Positions 40,701-53,777 are shown, numbered from the stretch's first letter. The stretch is DNA of 64,000 bases from Perna viridis (GCA_037379345.1 CM074512.1:36642001-36706000); one strand, 5' to 3'. The notes: generated by a model not told the origin, from the sequence alone. Program-made: numbers and translations.

Positions 40701-42242
40701 TTAAAAAAAAACATGGTGCAAAAGGTCAAGTGAGGCGACAGTAAAATTATCATGTATCATGTAAATGCATCACAAGTTATAAATGAATTTAAAAGTTTAC
40801 CCATTTCGCCCTCCTTTAACATTGTTTTAGTCTTTCCTTCCATTCAATATATTATCCTCAATCTACTTGATCTTGTTTTTGCTTTCCATAGTTGCAGTTG
40901 CGTACACAGTTCATAACTGACATCTACCTTTAGTTTACATGTAGCTTAATTATGAATTTTACACATAGAACTAAAATCATTTAAAACACATACACGTACA
41001 CATACAGATAGACAACTGCCAAAAAAATTACCATGTTTCACTTGTAGGCTTTTCCATCAATGGTACAAATTACATTACCTGTACATCCGCGTTCGTCACT
41101 ACCGTCTGGACAGTCCAATATTCGGTCACATTTCCAGGAATCGTGGATACAGGTGTTGCCGCTGTCACATGGTGAATACTTGAATGGACATTGCGTTGAA
41201 ATGGGTTCTATGAAAGATATAGATAATTACAGTTGTGAATTAAAAGTACCATGAACCCATGCAATGTCCACGTTGCAGGGTTACCCGATAGTTAAGATGA
41301 CCATTAACCGTAATGTTTGACGAATGATTTTCTTTACTCTTTTTGTATGGAACGCCGTAGCTGTCTTATGTTAAATGATTTATTATATGCTGTTTGAAAT
41401 TATTTATATGCTGCGGGTTTGTTACATTGTACATGTATTATATGTTGGGGTTCCATTATTATATGTTTTGGTTCCAAGATTAAATGATGTGGTTTCATTA
41501 TTGTATGCTGTGGGTTTAATATTATGTGCTATGGTTCTATTCCGGAATACCGGTACATGCATTTATTTTTTTTACTAGACCCGACGGAGGAAAATGGCCG
41601 GTTCTATTACCGAAATACTATATCAGAACGTTACTTACAAAAGGCAGTGGACAAATTAACTCATCAACTGATTTACCTCCATTTTTGTTGCTTTGTAGAG
41701 CATTAAATGCAAAGAACCACAGCATATAATAATGGTACCACAACATATAAGTACAAACCAACAGCATTAAACAAACCATTGTTGTGACGTCAGCCTATTT
41801 TTTAACAGTGGATTCTTATTTTTTATGAAACGACGGTGGACAAGCAGTAGACAAAACTTACCAAAAATAACTCAGTGAGTAATTTTTAGAAAGTGTAAGC
41901 CGTTGCTCGATTTATTGGTTTCCCATTATTACCACTAGTCCAAAAAGAACTAATGAAAACGTTCTGTCATTTTTATTAACGTTGACTTCCGAATTTCCAA
42001 CCATTCAACATTAGACAGCTATATGTACAGTGTTCCATATTTTTGTATTCATTTGTTTTGTGTTATTTGACCAAAAAATTTGTATGGTCATTCTCTTTAA
42101 CTAAATGTTTTCCAGTGTTTTATTTCCTGCTTGTAAATTGATCAATAAACCAATGCTTACCCGCATATTTATGTTGCACAACAAATCCAAACGTAACTCC
42201 TATAAGACAGAACAGTGCTAGCCAAGTATTTGCTACCATCAT
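37795..42242 (-). CDS. Gene L1: secreted protein with signal peptide, 4 LDLa modules and a basic tail (~301 aa, no TM)
   Basis: Exons 42242-42161 (MMVANTWLALFCLIGVTFGFVVQHKYA, signal-peptide-like), 41207-41079 (CPFKYSPCDSGNTCIHDSWKCDRILDCPDGSDERGC), 40668-40501, 40028-39867 (CTLDEFQCAMDDECIPWDYECDFFVDCLDASDEASC), 38996-38808, 37970-37795 (SKEEKPNNIERMLKKLVLRKNRYPDDRISENKVLTKLRLHSSIRDHIRKKTTIGRQPH*). All introns are phase 1 and GT-AG; total 906 nt. Confidence 0.82.
38162..38289. mobile_element. Short MITE with CAGGGGCGG termini
   Basis: CAGGGGCGGGTCCGGAT ... ATCCTGTATCCGCCCCTG. Confidence 0.7.
39410..39617 (-). mobile_element. 3' tail of a Naiad-type Penelope element (second partial copy at ~39025-39125)
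   Basis: Reverse complement of the tail seen at 44745-44920 and 58685-58890. Confidence 0.8.
41383..41770. repeat. Foldback-like element with short subterminal repeats, in L1 intron 1
   Basis: Degenerate TATATGCTG(T/C)GG units at 41383-41535, mirrored by ACCACAGCATATA / ACCACAACATATA units at 41716-41770. Confidence 0.5.
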
Positions 42243-43179
42243 GCAAAATGCATTTGCGCTAGATTTCAGGCTATAAATACTGTTGATCTAAGCATAGGTG
42301 CATTTGACATTTCGAATGTCTAAGCGAGATTGAACGTTCGCTGACGTGATGAAAATAGTAAACAAAATACCTTTGATTTTGTACTTTAATAATTGTATAG
42401 AAATTCGAATTTATATGAGTTTTCACATAACAACATGCCACTTTTAATTTCCCTACTAACGATAGGTACGGTTGATCTTCAATAAATTTTTCTTCAAATG
42501 TTGTGGCATTTTGTATTGTACTAATCAGTCACACGAAATTAGATGTCAATTATAGAGGGCTTTAACTTCTGCGGTTTTCAGATTATATATATACAGGTTC
42601 TAACAAGGTATAAAATGTTCTTCTCACGTGTACAAACATGCTGTGGTACTAATATATAATACCACTAAATTGACGAAAGGACGGACATTTTAGTTAAGAG
42701 GGGATAGATGCAACAATAGTAGAAATAATGCACTAGGGTTACACTGTTTCCCATAGAATTGAAAATCTGATGAATGTGATATGTTTCTAACTATGCCTAT
42801 TACTCATTAGACTGAAAGGTTCGGTTGCGAAGGTGTATTATTAAAAGGGAAGGAAACTTTTAATTGTTAATTCTCGCACTCTTTTTTTCAACTTTATTAT
42901 AGTTTTCTTGCAGTTGTTTCAATTTTTTTTTAAGATAAGAGAAAAACGAAAACAATAACTTTGATGCTAAATTTTAAATTTGTGAAAAATTAACTGGATT
43001 TTTTTCTTTGCAAAATATTTGCGAAACCTTCACATATAATAATTTTAACATTATAAAGGCAATGTATGGGAACACGCCTATTCATTGAAGTAATCTCGGC
43101 GATGGTCTGACAGGTACATAACTATTCTGTATATCAGTCGGTACAATATATAATACATGTAATAGCAATCCGGTTCTTA

Positions 43180-43854
43180 CTCCAGCAGTGCTAGAGGTTG
43201 ACTGGAAAGCTATTTTCTGACTTGGTGCCATCCTAACCTCTAGCATCTGACATGTAGAAAGCCATCGCAAATATGAATAAGCTAAATATGTGTTTTAAAA
43301 TATTTTCAGTCTTTTGTTTACATAAAAGAAGTTTAACCCACCGGAAATCAAGCGATAAAAATCCGTATTTTTTTTGTAAAATACCCAGAAAACATTTGTA
43401 ATGAAGACAGTTATCAAAGTGACCAGCCATTTTGAATAACGTTGGTAAAGGCAATTCGTTAGTTAATTTAACATTTTCGTTTCGCAAATTAAAATCCATA
43501 AATTTATCAACCGGATGTACGCATTCAACATGCTGAAAACCAAATGTGAAGTACATTTAAACTTTTTTTTACAAGATTTCCAGGATTGCTGGATTTTCTC
43601 ATCAGGTAGGTCATTTTTTTCTTCGGTTTAATTATCTTCTCCCGTGTGAGAGTAAAGAAACTGTATAAAATGTTTTAAATGGTTAATATTTAACTATAAT
43701 AATTCTGCCGATTTCAAAGAAGGTCGGAAAGAGCGATATGCAATATGGTACTCGAAAGTAAGAGGTTGGAGTATCGAGGAACGGAATTTCCACCTCTTAT
43801 GTTGTAGGATTAGTCAGAAAGTAGCTTGACAGACAACCTGTAGCACTGTTGGAG
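43180..43854. mobile_element. MITE with ~44-bp imperfect TIRs and TA target duplication (Tc1/mariner-like)
   Basis: TA|CTCCAGCAGTGCTAGAGGTTG..TTTCTGAC ... GTCAGAAA..CAACCTGTAGCACTGTTGGAG|TA. Confidence 0.8.
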
Positions 43855-44568
43855 TACTATTACATGTATATACATATCTGACGTCAAACTTTTACTTAAA
43901 TATCATGTTGTACGGTAATACACCCATACTTAGTCATTCATGAGCATTCGTGTCTAACTCGTATGCAGTTACAAATAACTCTTAACTGTTACAACCCGTA
44001 GTCATTCGCTGGCATTTGTATCGATTCGAAAAAGGAGATGAAATTTATTTGGTATATTTAAAAAAAAATTAAATGCATGTCCACAAATTTTTTTAAAATT
44101 TTTTTATTAGTAAAGAGCTCGGAAACTACTAACCATTCGTAAGGCACCGTTAAACAACCTGTTTGGTTTGCTATTTTTGCGATTTTTTTACGATTTTTTA
44201 CGAGTCATCTACGAATGACTGTGAGTAGTCAACAATAGTTTTTCGATGGATAAACGAATAAACACGAATTAAAGAGAGCAGTTTGTGGATATATAGGAAT
44301 ACTTTGCCCAGGGCGGAGAGCGTTGGGCTGTCGTAGCTAGTAGGGGATAAGTCGAAAGATTTTTTGTATAGTAAAACATGGTCAAATGTTCAATTGAAGA
44401 GTGCATGGGGCTATTTGGCTTGAATTTATATGGCAAAGTGCAACTTCATTGAAAATCATTACCATTAGTAAAAACTCGTAACACAACTGCGAGTATTTAC
44501 CAGTAACGCTATTGTAACCATTCGCGTTTCGTTAATTACGTGAACGGAAAAAGTACAATGCTTTCGCA

Positions 44569-44610
<42 letters not shown>

Positions 44611-44710
44611 ATTTCATTTTATTTTATTTAGGGTTTTTGAGTTTTATTTGTGTACAACGAAGAACTGTATAAAAATATGGTTCTTAAATTAATGCCGTCC
44701 CCTAGGTTTT

Positions 44711-44922
44711 ATGAGCAACTCGGCGGGTGTATTTAGAAAAGCAGAGGACGCTTACCCTACCGGTGCACCTGGTCCATGCTCCCAGTTTTAAGTGGAGTCC
44801 GAGTTTATCATTTGCTTTTGTTACTTTGTATGTATGATTCTAGTTACTTTATGTTTTTGTTATGTATGTCTGTTTTCCATGTCTGGTCTTACCGCTAATA
44901 CCTTGGTTCCCTTGATTATTCT
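44711..44922 (+). mobile_element. 3' tail of a Naiad-type Penelope element
   Basis: Homologous to 58652-58890, which directly follows a PLE RT C-terminus. Confidence 0.8.
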
Positions 44923-45071
44923 TGCAAGGAGTTCCCCATTACACGGGACTAAATACGAACGGTACAGATATATAATTCTTCAGATCTCAGTTAATAACTG
45001 ACAATTCTTGCTTACAGTGTTGTGTTCTGTACCACAGAATAAAATGATAACAATTGATGTCAAATTGCAGT

Positions 45072-45252
45072 TTAGAAATACTTCCTGTGTGCGATAGATG
45101 GTCCAGACTCATCATATTCTTATTTGCCTATCCACATCTGTTGGAAGGTTGATAATAAGGCTAAGATAGAACCATCAATCCAGATTGAGTATTTTCTTTC
45201 TGATGGAGCAATGATTTCAAGGAGCAAGTGCGGCGATTTCTTTCTGCATTCT
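45072..45252 (-). pseudogene. ACT: Actin pseudogene fragment (C-terminal ~60 codons)
   Basis: Reads [58 protein letters not shown], matching the actin C-terminus with a frameshifting deletion and one premature stop. Absent from the ORF track. Confidence 0.93.
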
Positions 45253-46415
45253 TTACAATATCGTATGCATTCGTTATCTACCCTTATTTAATCGAAATGA
45301 ATCCTTTTTTAGTGATCGTTCATACTCGATACTAATCGTATTGCACTCGCAAAGATTCGTATTAGATTTACAAATCTTGTAAATATTTGAAATTCGTATG
45401 GAGTTGTAAGAAAGATTCGTGTTTGTGAAGGGAGTATACCAATAACTATTACTGTTCGTATTTAATCGTAATGATTCGTGAACTGCTTTTATATACACTT
45501 CGCATTTGTAAAGTGATCGTTCATAGTCGTTAATAATTCACAAGGATTCGTGTTAGTTTTGCGAATCTTGTAAATTTTTTATTCGTAAAGAAAGTTCGGG
45601 TAGGTGATAGGTATATCAAGGAATATCATGTAACATGAGACAGTTATTCGCTACCTGAAACGCTCCAGAAGAAACAAAAGTTTCAGGAATGCTTGGCATG
45701 ATCAGCCTTTTGTCCGAAGAGCCGCATATTCGTGAGAGTCTGCTGATGACAAAAAAATTATTCGACAGTACGGTGCCTTTTTATCTATTTCAGAAGCCGG
45801 GCGCCCCTTTCCGACATCTTTTCACAAGTCCAGAGCATACATTGTTAGTAGTTGCTCAGTGATCCAGAGACTTTGTAAAAAAAACTATTAGCGTTATTAC
45901 TTAATTGGTGGACAGTTTTAAAACCTCCTTACTAGATGGAACTTTTTGCAAGTAATTATGAACTCTAGTAATTGTGTGAATCAGAGCAATGTGTATTTCT
46001 ACCTAAAACAACGAATTTTTGTCATAATTAACTTAACAAAGACTTACAATATTGAATGAAAAAAACTCTCACCTTTTTTACGTGGACAGTACTTGATCAA
46101 GCCATTCATATTGCAAATAAAATAATAGTAATATACATGTATATTTGTATATTCAAATAATATATGATACAACATATTAAACTCAGAACGTCATTTAACA
46201 TGTCATTTTATCTGATATCACGAACTGATCATGACTCTGTGCCATCTTACTGAAATGGCTAACATGTAAAGAAAAAAAACACCATCCCTTTTTTACTCGT
46301 CTTATAAAACATATTATAAGTGAAACGGACAAGTAGGGTAGTGCATTTACACTAACGGTCCCATAAAAAAAAACTGATCGTCCCGTACAGGTTAAGTCAA
46401 GCATATCGCTACCAT

Positions 46416-47220
46416 TCACTCATTCATCTCTAAATCGTACTCGAAAACTTCCACTTGAGTTTCCATATACTCAGAACCACCATCACTACTACTCTCATCC
46501 TCTTCGTCATTCGCCTCTCCCTCTTCGTCGCTTGTCGCCTCCTCTCCTGTAAGATCGACAACAGTTGTATCTTTCTCTGTTGTTGTCACACGGTCGTCCT
46601 TAATTTGCATGGAAAAATGTAGGTGTCATTGTTTCCTCATCTTTCTGTTCAGGCGTTGTCTGAATCCCTTCACTTTTCAATGTGGTTATCTTTGGGTCAG
46701 CAACCCAAGATGAAGATAGAGTATTAACAGTCCCATCGGGAAAAACGACCTTTTCCTCCTCTTTTACGCAACTATAACCGTAACGAATTACTGTCCTAAC
46801 GTAATTGTTATTTGTTATTGCTTGTCTTCTAATTTGTTCCAAAGCTTTAGCTTCTGGAGCCTCACTAAAGGAACTGGGAGGGGCAAGAAACCGAGGTTGG
46901 TTCTTGCCCTCCCGTATGATATCTGAATTAGGCACAGCCAAATGAATGGAGTCCCATCCTCCTTGCATTGTCCGTTCCTCGTGAACGAGAGATATGTTCA
47001 TTGTGCCTGCGTTAGCGCATGTAGGTGGTTCTTTCACTTGCGACATCTGGCGGTTGAATGCATTGTTGGAGGTCAATTCTTTTCTGTGAGGGTTTGACGT
47101 CAATGGAGGTGGCAAATGATTAATACCCTCCGTACAAATGTCTAGTACTACTGGTTCATCTAGAATTTCTGGTGCCGTAGCAACCTGTGTTTCATCACTG
47201 ATGATATGATTCGGCATCAT
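46416..47220 (-). pseudogene. Unknown intronless ORF (~270 aa) split by a 1-nt frameshift, with an acidic C-terminus
   Basis: The 206-aa and 64-aa ORFs overlap at 46600-46610; removing one T from the minus-strand T5 run (~46613-46617) fuses them (TPTFSMQIKDD..). No family recognised. Confidence 0.45.
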
Positions 47221-48369
47221 TTGAAACAGGTTAGTTGTTTTATTTTTCGAACGCGCAAACCTACTTAACGTGCTTTTTCAAGGTTCCGATGTGTCTAGGA
47301 TATGCCCAGTCTCTCTGTCGCTCAACTCTTAATGCAAATATAATGACATCTGAAAATACAACATGAACGAAGCATTCAGAATCATATCTAAGAAAGACAG
47401 GATCAGCCAGTGACAAGAGAAACAGCATGTTTATTTATTTTCCGGATTACCTATAGAAATTATCTGTAAACCAATTTACTATACATCACTGCGCTTACTG
47501 TACGGTATACTCTACACATTTAACTAGATAGGCTTAAATAAACAATTCTATAAATTGCAAATAGCCCAGAGCGACTAATCAGTGGTCATCGGAGTTTTTA
47601 TTATCATAAGGCAAAATGCATGTATATTAGCGCAGCAGGATAAATATAACAACAATGCGTACTAAAGCAATCGCAAATAACATACATATGGTCATACATT
47701 GCATTTCAAAATACAAATAATGTGTAGCGAAGCATTCTATATCACGGACGGCCTCGCTGGTTAGGAAAACCACAAAACCCAACTGCAAGGTTGTGCAACT
47801 ACTTTATATGTAGGAAAGTTCTGTGGAAACCTGTGTCCATACCCAATGCGAAAGACTGTACCAAGAGTTATACCTGGACGAAGTATTAGTTTAGAATATT
47901 GGAAAACATAAAATAAAATAAATTATATATCTATAAAACATATTTATCAAATATTATTGAAAAATGTATAATCATAAGCAAAGACAAAATTATATCTACT
48001 ATATTTTTACTGCTGAAACTTGAGTGTTGACCAGTCAGGTGTAGGCTAGAAAGTGATTACAAAGGAAATATTCTACTATACTATCGAAACGTCGGAAATT
48101 ATACTTATTGGTTACAAGAAAAAAATCATAAGGCATGATCACCACTCATTATATGAAGCTTATTTAATAAGAAAGCGGGGTTTAGTACTGGGTAAAGTTT
48201 TAAATGTTAAAATGGCAAAAACATGAAAACAGGGGACAGAAGAGACGATCCACGTATACATGTTAACAAGGGAATAAAATACAATAACACACAAACTTCG
48301 TATAATAAAAACAAGAATGCACACTTTAAACTAAAGCAATTGTAAAATAAACTTCCACAAAATCAGTAA

Positions 48370-50085
48370 TTGTCATCAAGTGCTTCGAAAGGGTAGGTGT
48401 CTCCTGCTCTGGCGAAGGCAACAGAATGAGTAAAATGAGAAAAAGCCTGGACCTTAAATTTGACGCAAGATACACGTATCTTGCCTAATCTGTGAGATGT
48501 AAATTTCATATAGGTCTATCAAATTCTTTTGACGACCATAAAACTTCTGCACTGATGATATCAAGTAGATTTTGAAAATATTTTTGCTTTTCTAAGAAAT
48601 TCAGTATACGTATCACATGTGCGACAGTGAGGGTCAACTGTGAAATGTACATTCTATAGGCTGGAAGTGATGGTGCATATTGCCACCAAGAAAAGGGAAG
48701 CTCACAATCGGAAAGTCAAAATCATCTTCTTCGTTATAACGTTTTAAAGCTGCATTAGCTGTCATTTCCGTAAATTTTCGTTTCTTTTGAAATATACCTT
48801 AACTTTGAATTATTTTTACTAAATAGTACATTTCTTGTACAATTTCATTTGATATCCATAAATAAAATGCATTAAATACATGAAATATGTGTCTATATAT
48901 TTATTGTCTGGCAAGACAAAAAAAAATCAACCTAAGTAAGTTCGTATGCATGTTACTTCTGGTGACCTTAATCCGCGCATGTGCTATAAGGGTCGCTTCT
49001 TTCATAAACATCTGATCGCAAAGCGAAAGTAGTTATTCAACGGCAAGGAAGACCGACGGACTTTTGTAAAAGAAAAAAGTTCGAATATAACGCAAAGATC
49101 CTTTTCAAATTTACGTATTTTGATATAATGCGGCTCAAATATGGTCATTATTTATTTGAAAACTAATCGAGAAATAGATGAACTGAAATGAAAACAAAAC
49201 ACGTGCTTACCTGTGTATCCGTTTTTGTTTGTTTGTTGTTGTTGTTTTTTTTTTTTTTTTTTTTGCCAAGGTTAAAGTATTTTTAACCCTGGTGAATGTC
49301 CTGTCGGCAATCTTCGGAGGTAATGGCGAAAAGTAATTAGATCTGACCTACCGATATTCTCTGACTGAAAAAACGTTGTTTTCACAATATTCTGTAGGTA
49401 TTATCAACATTAATTGCTTCAATTGCATTACTACAAACTTATTTCATTGAATCAGCAAAATTCAGTAGAATCAGAACTGAACAAATTTGGCAGCTAATAC
49501 AGCTTTAAGTTCAAACGTCCTGTATCATCCATATATATATGTTAAGATCTTGGTATGAAGCAAGGTATGATATTTCGGTTATCTCTTTAATTTCAAGTTC
49601 AATCAGTTCAACCAGGTAGATTAACGTAATTAGTTTTTGCAAGGACTTTTTAAAGTTAATACAGTATCTATCTGGGATATTCGCTTACCAACTTTGTAAA
49701 GAATATAGAACCGACCGACCGAGAGTGGTGCACAGTATGTTCACATGGGTATTCTAATGGTCTGTTAGAACAAAAACGTTGTCGATCAGACCAGGAATTC
49801 CAACATTAAACAACAGACTCATGGAATTTCTTGTACATTTGTAGGAATCCGTATAGTTTTTTTTTCACAATTAATCATTGTCAGTGCCCAATACTAGATA
49901 AATGTATCTTTTATTGCCCGGTTTGTATAGTAACATTGGTTGAACTGACTGTAGCTAGTCGTATGGAAGGGTGGTGTACACGATAGAGACATCAACAACA
50001 TTCACAAATCATTTGCACGGAATGAGCTTCATTATTTTATTCAATATCATTTCGTTACAAACGCTATTCAACGATTAGGGATCCG
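48370..50085 (-). mobile_element. Degenerate Naiad-type Penelope-like retroelement (RT plus 3' tail), interrupted by a MITE
   Basis: Minus-strand motifs in order: DVSIVYTTLPYD, MLEFL..IDNV, IRIPM*TYCAPL, ELEIKEITE..ASYQDL..DDTGRL [MITE] LYNEEDDFDFPIVSFPFLGGN, AYRMYISQL, KFYGR; then AGCAGGAGACACCTACCCTTTCGAAGCACTTG. Confidence 0.82.
48748..49504. mobile_element. TTAA-target MITE (Kolobok-like termini), copy 2
   Basis: TTAA|AGCTGCATTAGCTG...CAGCTAATACAGCT|TTAA; PLE coding sequence resumes on both sides. Confidence 0.88.
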
Positions 50086-51910
50086 TTTAATTTCATTGAA
50101 ATAAAAACAATCTATCATTTACATATTAACGAACAAAAATAAACAAACAAACCTGTTAGAATCATGATACGTATACAATGCTACACACTTATAGGCTGCA
50201 AATGAAGAAAAATAAAGCGCAAAGATTGATATATAAACGAACAATTAAACGTCTTCAGCGTCAGTCCTTGTAAGAATCAAGCAGTAGGTGAGGCATGGTT
50301 GTAAAATTCCATCATTTTGATAGTGTAATTTGACTACTGTCAGAATCAAGAAAAACAGACAAAATTTTCAATATTGTACTGGACCATTGACTTACAATTT
50401 CATTGAAATGCACTGAAAATGAACATTTCAAGGGCAGATAACTCTTTCAAAAAACTCATTTTTCTATACTTCTATTGAAACATTTCTGAACAAAGCCAGT
50501 GATAAGGAGATCAAATAATGGTATTTTCAAATATAGCAAGCATCCTAGAGAGAAGTTATATTGTCATATCGATGGGTTTTTGAAATGCATGTTTCTAATT
50601 TTTTTCCCATTTTGCCTGATTCTTACAAATACTTAAACTTAATGGTCACTCTGTCTGCTTGTTACCACACCCTGTATTTTTACCAAAACGTTATCAGAGG
50701 TAGTACTTTAGAAAGCAATTGGAAACAACAAGCAAAGATGACCTGCGTTACAATGATAACTTAAACATGGTCAAGTTTCGTGCATTTCAATAAATTTAGA
50801 TCGAATGTTTTGTTTTGTCATTGAAAAAGATTATTTCTATTGCTACCATATAATCTATTACAAAAGAGACAAAAAATAAAATGAATAGATACTAAAACAT
50901 TACTAAGATACGATACGATAAAACAAACGATAAACAAATTAAAGGAAAGAAAATTAAACAAAAATAGTATCGGTCATCATGATATGGGCGGTTTCACATT
51001 TCATCCTGTTGATGACTGTTTGTATTTATATGTATTTTGTTAATTGGATAGAAGTTGTATTCGACAGATCTTCCTATTTTGTAGATATCCATTTCTGCGG
51101 AAACTTCTTTTGTTTATGACATAACCTATTGAAGAAGTTATGTACAATTCTTGTTAAAACCGATAAAGTAATTTTTTTCTGAACCGCAAAATTTTAAATA
51201 AATATTCTGACCCAACAAATTTTACCAGCCCCCACCTTCCCCCACTCAGAATCAAATGGTTGTCTGCCAAGTTCCAATACTTGAATACAGATTTTAAACA
51301 GAATGACTTGATTCGAACATTACACGACTCATGAAGGATTTATTTAGTTCTCCCACCTTCTTCAAGGACTCATGTGAAATAACAGATATTTTGCTCACTA
51401 ATTGCTTCTGTTAAACGAATTGGAAACTCTTTTTTACACAGAGTGCAGTGGATGAAATCATCTATGGCTTGTAGTTCATGTCCTTAGGGAAACTAAAGTC
51501 GTAGCAGCTTCTTTTCTATACCACTTACCACAGACAATACAGAATAGCAACTTCGACAAATAGTTTTAGGAAAAATAACCCTGTAGCGTGGTCTCCCCGC
51601 GTACACGTCTTTTTTTTTGTACTAAGGATTACACTTGGCTACAAACTCCGAGTGTTTCCTGTTCCAGTCAAGAGCGATGTAGGCAACATGCTACCGGTAT
51701 TGCATCCCTCCTTCAGATTCCTGTCGGCATTAATTCAAAAGATTTCTACAGAACAAACTATGTATCATCATTCCTTTTCCTCAATTTTTTTTTAAGTAAG
51801 ATAAACCTTAAATCTCCTAATTCAAATTCCAGATTCTTTATTTCAATCTTAAGAAGTTTTGTTTCTTTACGTAGTATCTCATGAAGTAATTTCAAAAAGA
51901 AAAAAAATAC

Positions 51911-52250
51911 CTCAGTCTGAGCACGTAGATAGACTTTCGTCAAAGTGTTGTATTCTTAATTCTCTCTTAGCTTCTTAGATGAAAAAGTGAAATTCATGTT
52001 CATTGCCTAATTTTGTACCGGTATACGCTTCAACAGAGAAATGTCTTTTGTTACTCTTTTCTGCTGATCTAGCCTTTTTATTTTTGATCGAGTTTAAAAT
52101 CAATGAATTCTGGGCTTTTCTGGTAGTTCTTGTTTAAATGTGTTGCTTAACCTTCATATTTTTCGAGCCGCTTAGAATTCTACATCATTTATTTTTTGCT
52201 TGAATTTTGATCTTTAAATCTTATTAATTTAGCTTTTTTTTTTAAAGAAG
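51911..52250 (-). pseudogene. Possible decayed Lys/Arg-rich exon
   Basis: One frame reads ..KIKRLDQQKRVTKDISLLKRIPVQN*AMNMNFTFSSKKLREN*..RAQTE|gt with several stops; weak similarity to exon 32436-32290. Confidence 0.3.
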
Positions 52251-52426
52251 ACCTTGTGAAAAGTGTATACGTAAACGTCCATGATATGAAAGCTATTTCT
52301 ACCTCTTTTACATTTGTTATTATAACGTTGCAAAGCGGGAGGTATATAGTGATCATGATGTCTGTCTGTCCGTTCGTCCCTTCTGAATTTCGTTGAATTT
52401 ACTGGGTGCTGTCAAATAAATTTCTT

Positions 52427-52739
52427 GGGGCAGGGTGGTAGAGTGTTAGTCGTATGACTTGTAATAAGGAGGTTGACACCGCTGTGGGTTCAAATACCGC
52501 AGGTGTCCAGGTTTCCAGGCATCTTCCCTCCCCTGGGAGTTTCACCGATTTTCCGGTCTGGAATATCATACTTTCCTCCCCATCGGCCTGGCAACCATTG
52601 CGAGGAGCTCGTGCTAGCCAAACGGGCGTTAAAATTGCCGTCGGTTAAAAAAGCTCTACAGAGCTTAAATATGTTAGTTGTTGACTTGTAAAAGCACGTG
52701 TATTCACCGACAGTAAATAACATTTACCTTTACATTTTA
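52427..52739 (+). mobile_element. tRNA-derived SINE
   Basis: A-box-like TGGTAGAGTG, B-box-like GGTTCAAATAC, GC-richer body, TTTACC/TTTACA repeat tail. Confidence 0.6.
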
Positions 52740-53771
52740 GAACAGGAGTATGTTCAGCTTTTGTTGATAGTTTCTGTTGAAAATTTCAGTTAAGTATCCC
52801 CATTTAGCCGATTGACAACCCATTACACTTACCAGATTTTACTCACTCGCAATATGACGGGTGTCTTAAGCAGAGCAGGAAAGACATTCTTCTTAAGCAT
52901 CTGATGTCATGCATGTTTTTCTACTACTAAGGGAAGGGGGGGGTCAACGTCCTTCACTATCCTGTCGGGTTTCGCACGGACGGCATGTTTTTCCCAGTTT
53001 CTTCAGTTTTTACATGTTGCTGCATTTCATACTTTTGTCTATGTTGCACATGTAGATTGTTCAAAGTAAAAACTAAGAAGCAAAGACAATGTGACTGAAT
53101 GCAATTACGTCTTCCTGTGGGATATTGTGGCTGTAGCAAACTACTGCAGGATATGTTCGATTGATCAGATCTTCTTATTGTTAATCTATAATCAATCAAT
53201 CAATCCATGGCTAGCAAATACGGGTGTTGGTACCGTACGCTTAATATCACCTAAACCATGTTGTGAACCGATATGTAGGCCTACATGGTCGGGAATAAAG
53301 AAAATGGACCTCGCATGTATGACTTGTCTTTATCTTGTGTCTATGTAAGAACAATCTAAGAACTTTCTAGGTGTAAAAATTTAAAACCTTTTTAATGTGT
53401 AAAAACTAAGACTTGCAATTTTGGTTTTACTTGTTTGTTTGTTAGTTTGTTTTTTATTCTTGTTTTTTTTTATCAAAACTCCTACTTATTTAGAGCTTAT
53501 CACATTTTAAGCCAGTCAACATAGAATATGTGTACATAAAACATTTATTTTTAAAATTTATTTGTCCAATTTTTGAGGTTATTTCTTTCTTTCCGGACGT
53601 TTCATTCATTATGTAGTGCGAATTTCTGCTGATAGGTTCTTTAATATTTTGCAGTGAAAATGGATAAATATATGTCAACCAAACCAACGTACCTTTTAAT
53701 AATATCTGGAGTAAATATCCGAAACATAAAACTTCATTTAGGCTAAAGATCTGAGTTACTGTAGAAAGATA

Positions 53772-53777
53772 TTTATT
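53772..53777 (-). terminator. Candidate polyadenylation signal of gene L2
   Basis: AATAAA on the minus strand ~90 nt after the stop codon; this motif is common in AT-rich DNA. Confidence 0.3.

Noticed and set aside
42272-42279. TATA-like TATTTATA upstream of the L1 start codon
   Set aside because: Only ~30 nt from the ATG and common in AT-rich DNA; unsupported without TSS data.
43082-43556. ORFs as possible 5' exons of L1
   Set aside because: They overlap a MITE with TIRs; a better signal-peptide exon exists at 42242-42161.
52957-53199. ORF ending QHVKTEETGKNMPSVRNPTG as another basic-tail exon
   Set aside because: Similarity to exon 32436-32290 is only a few residues, and the phase-1 frame after the nearest acceptor is closed.
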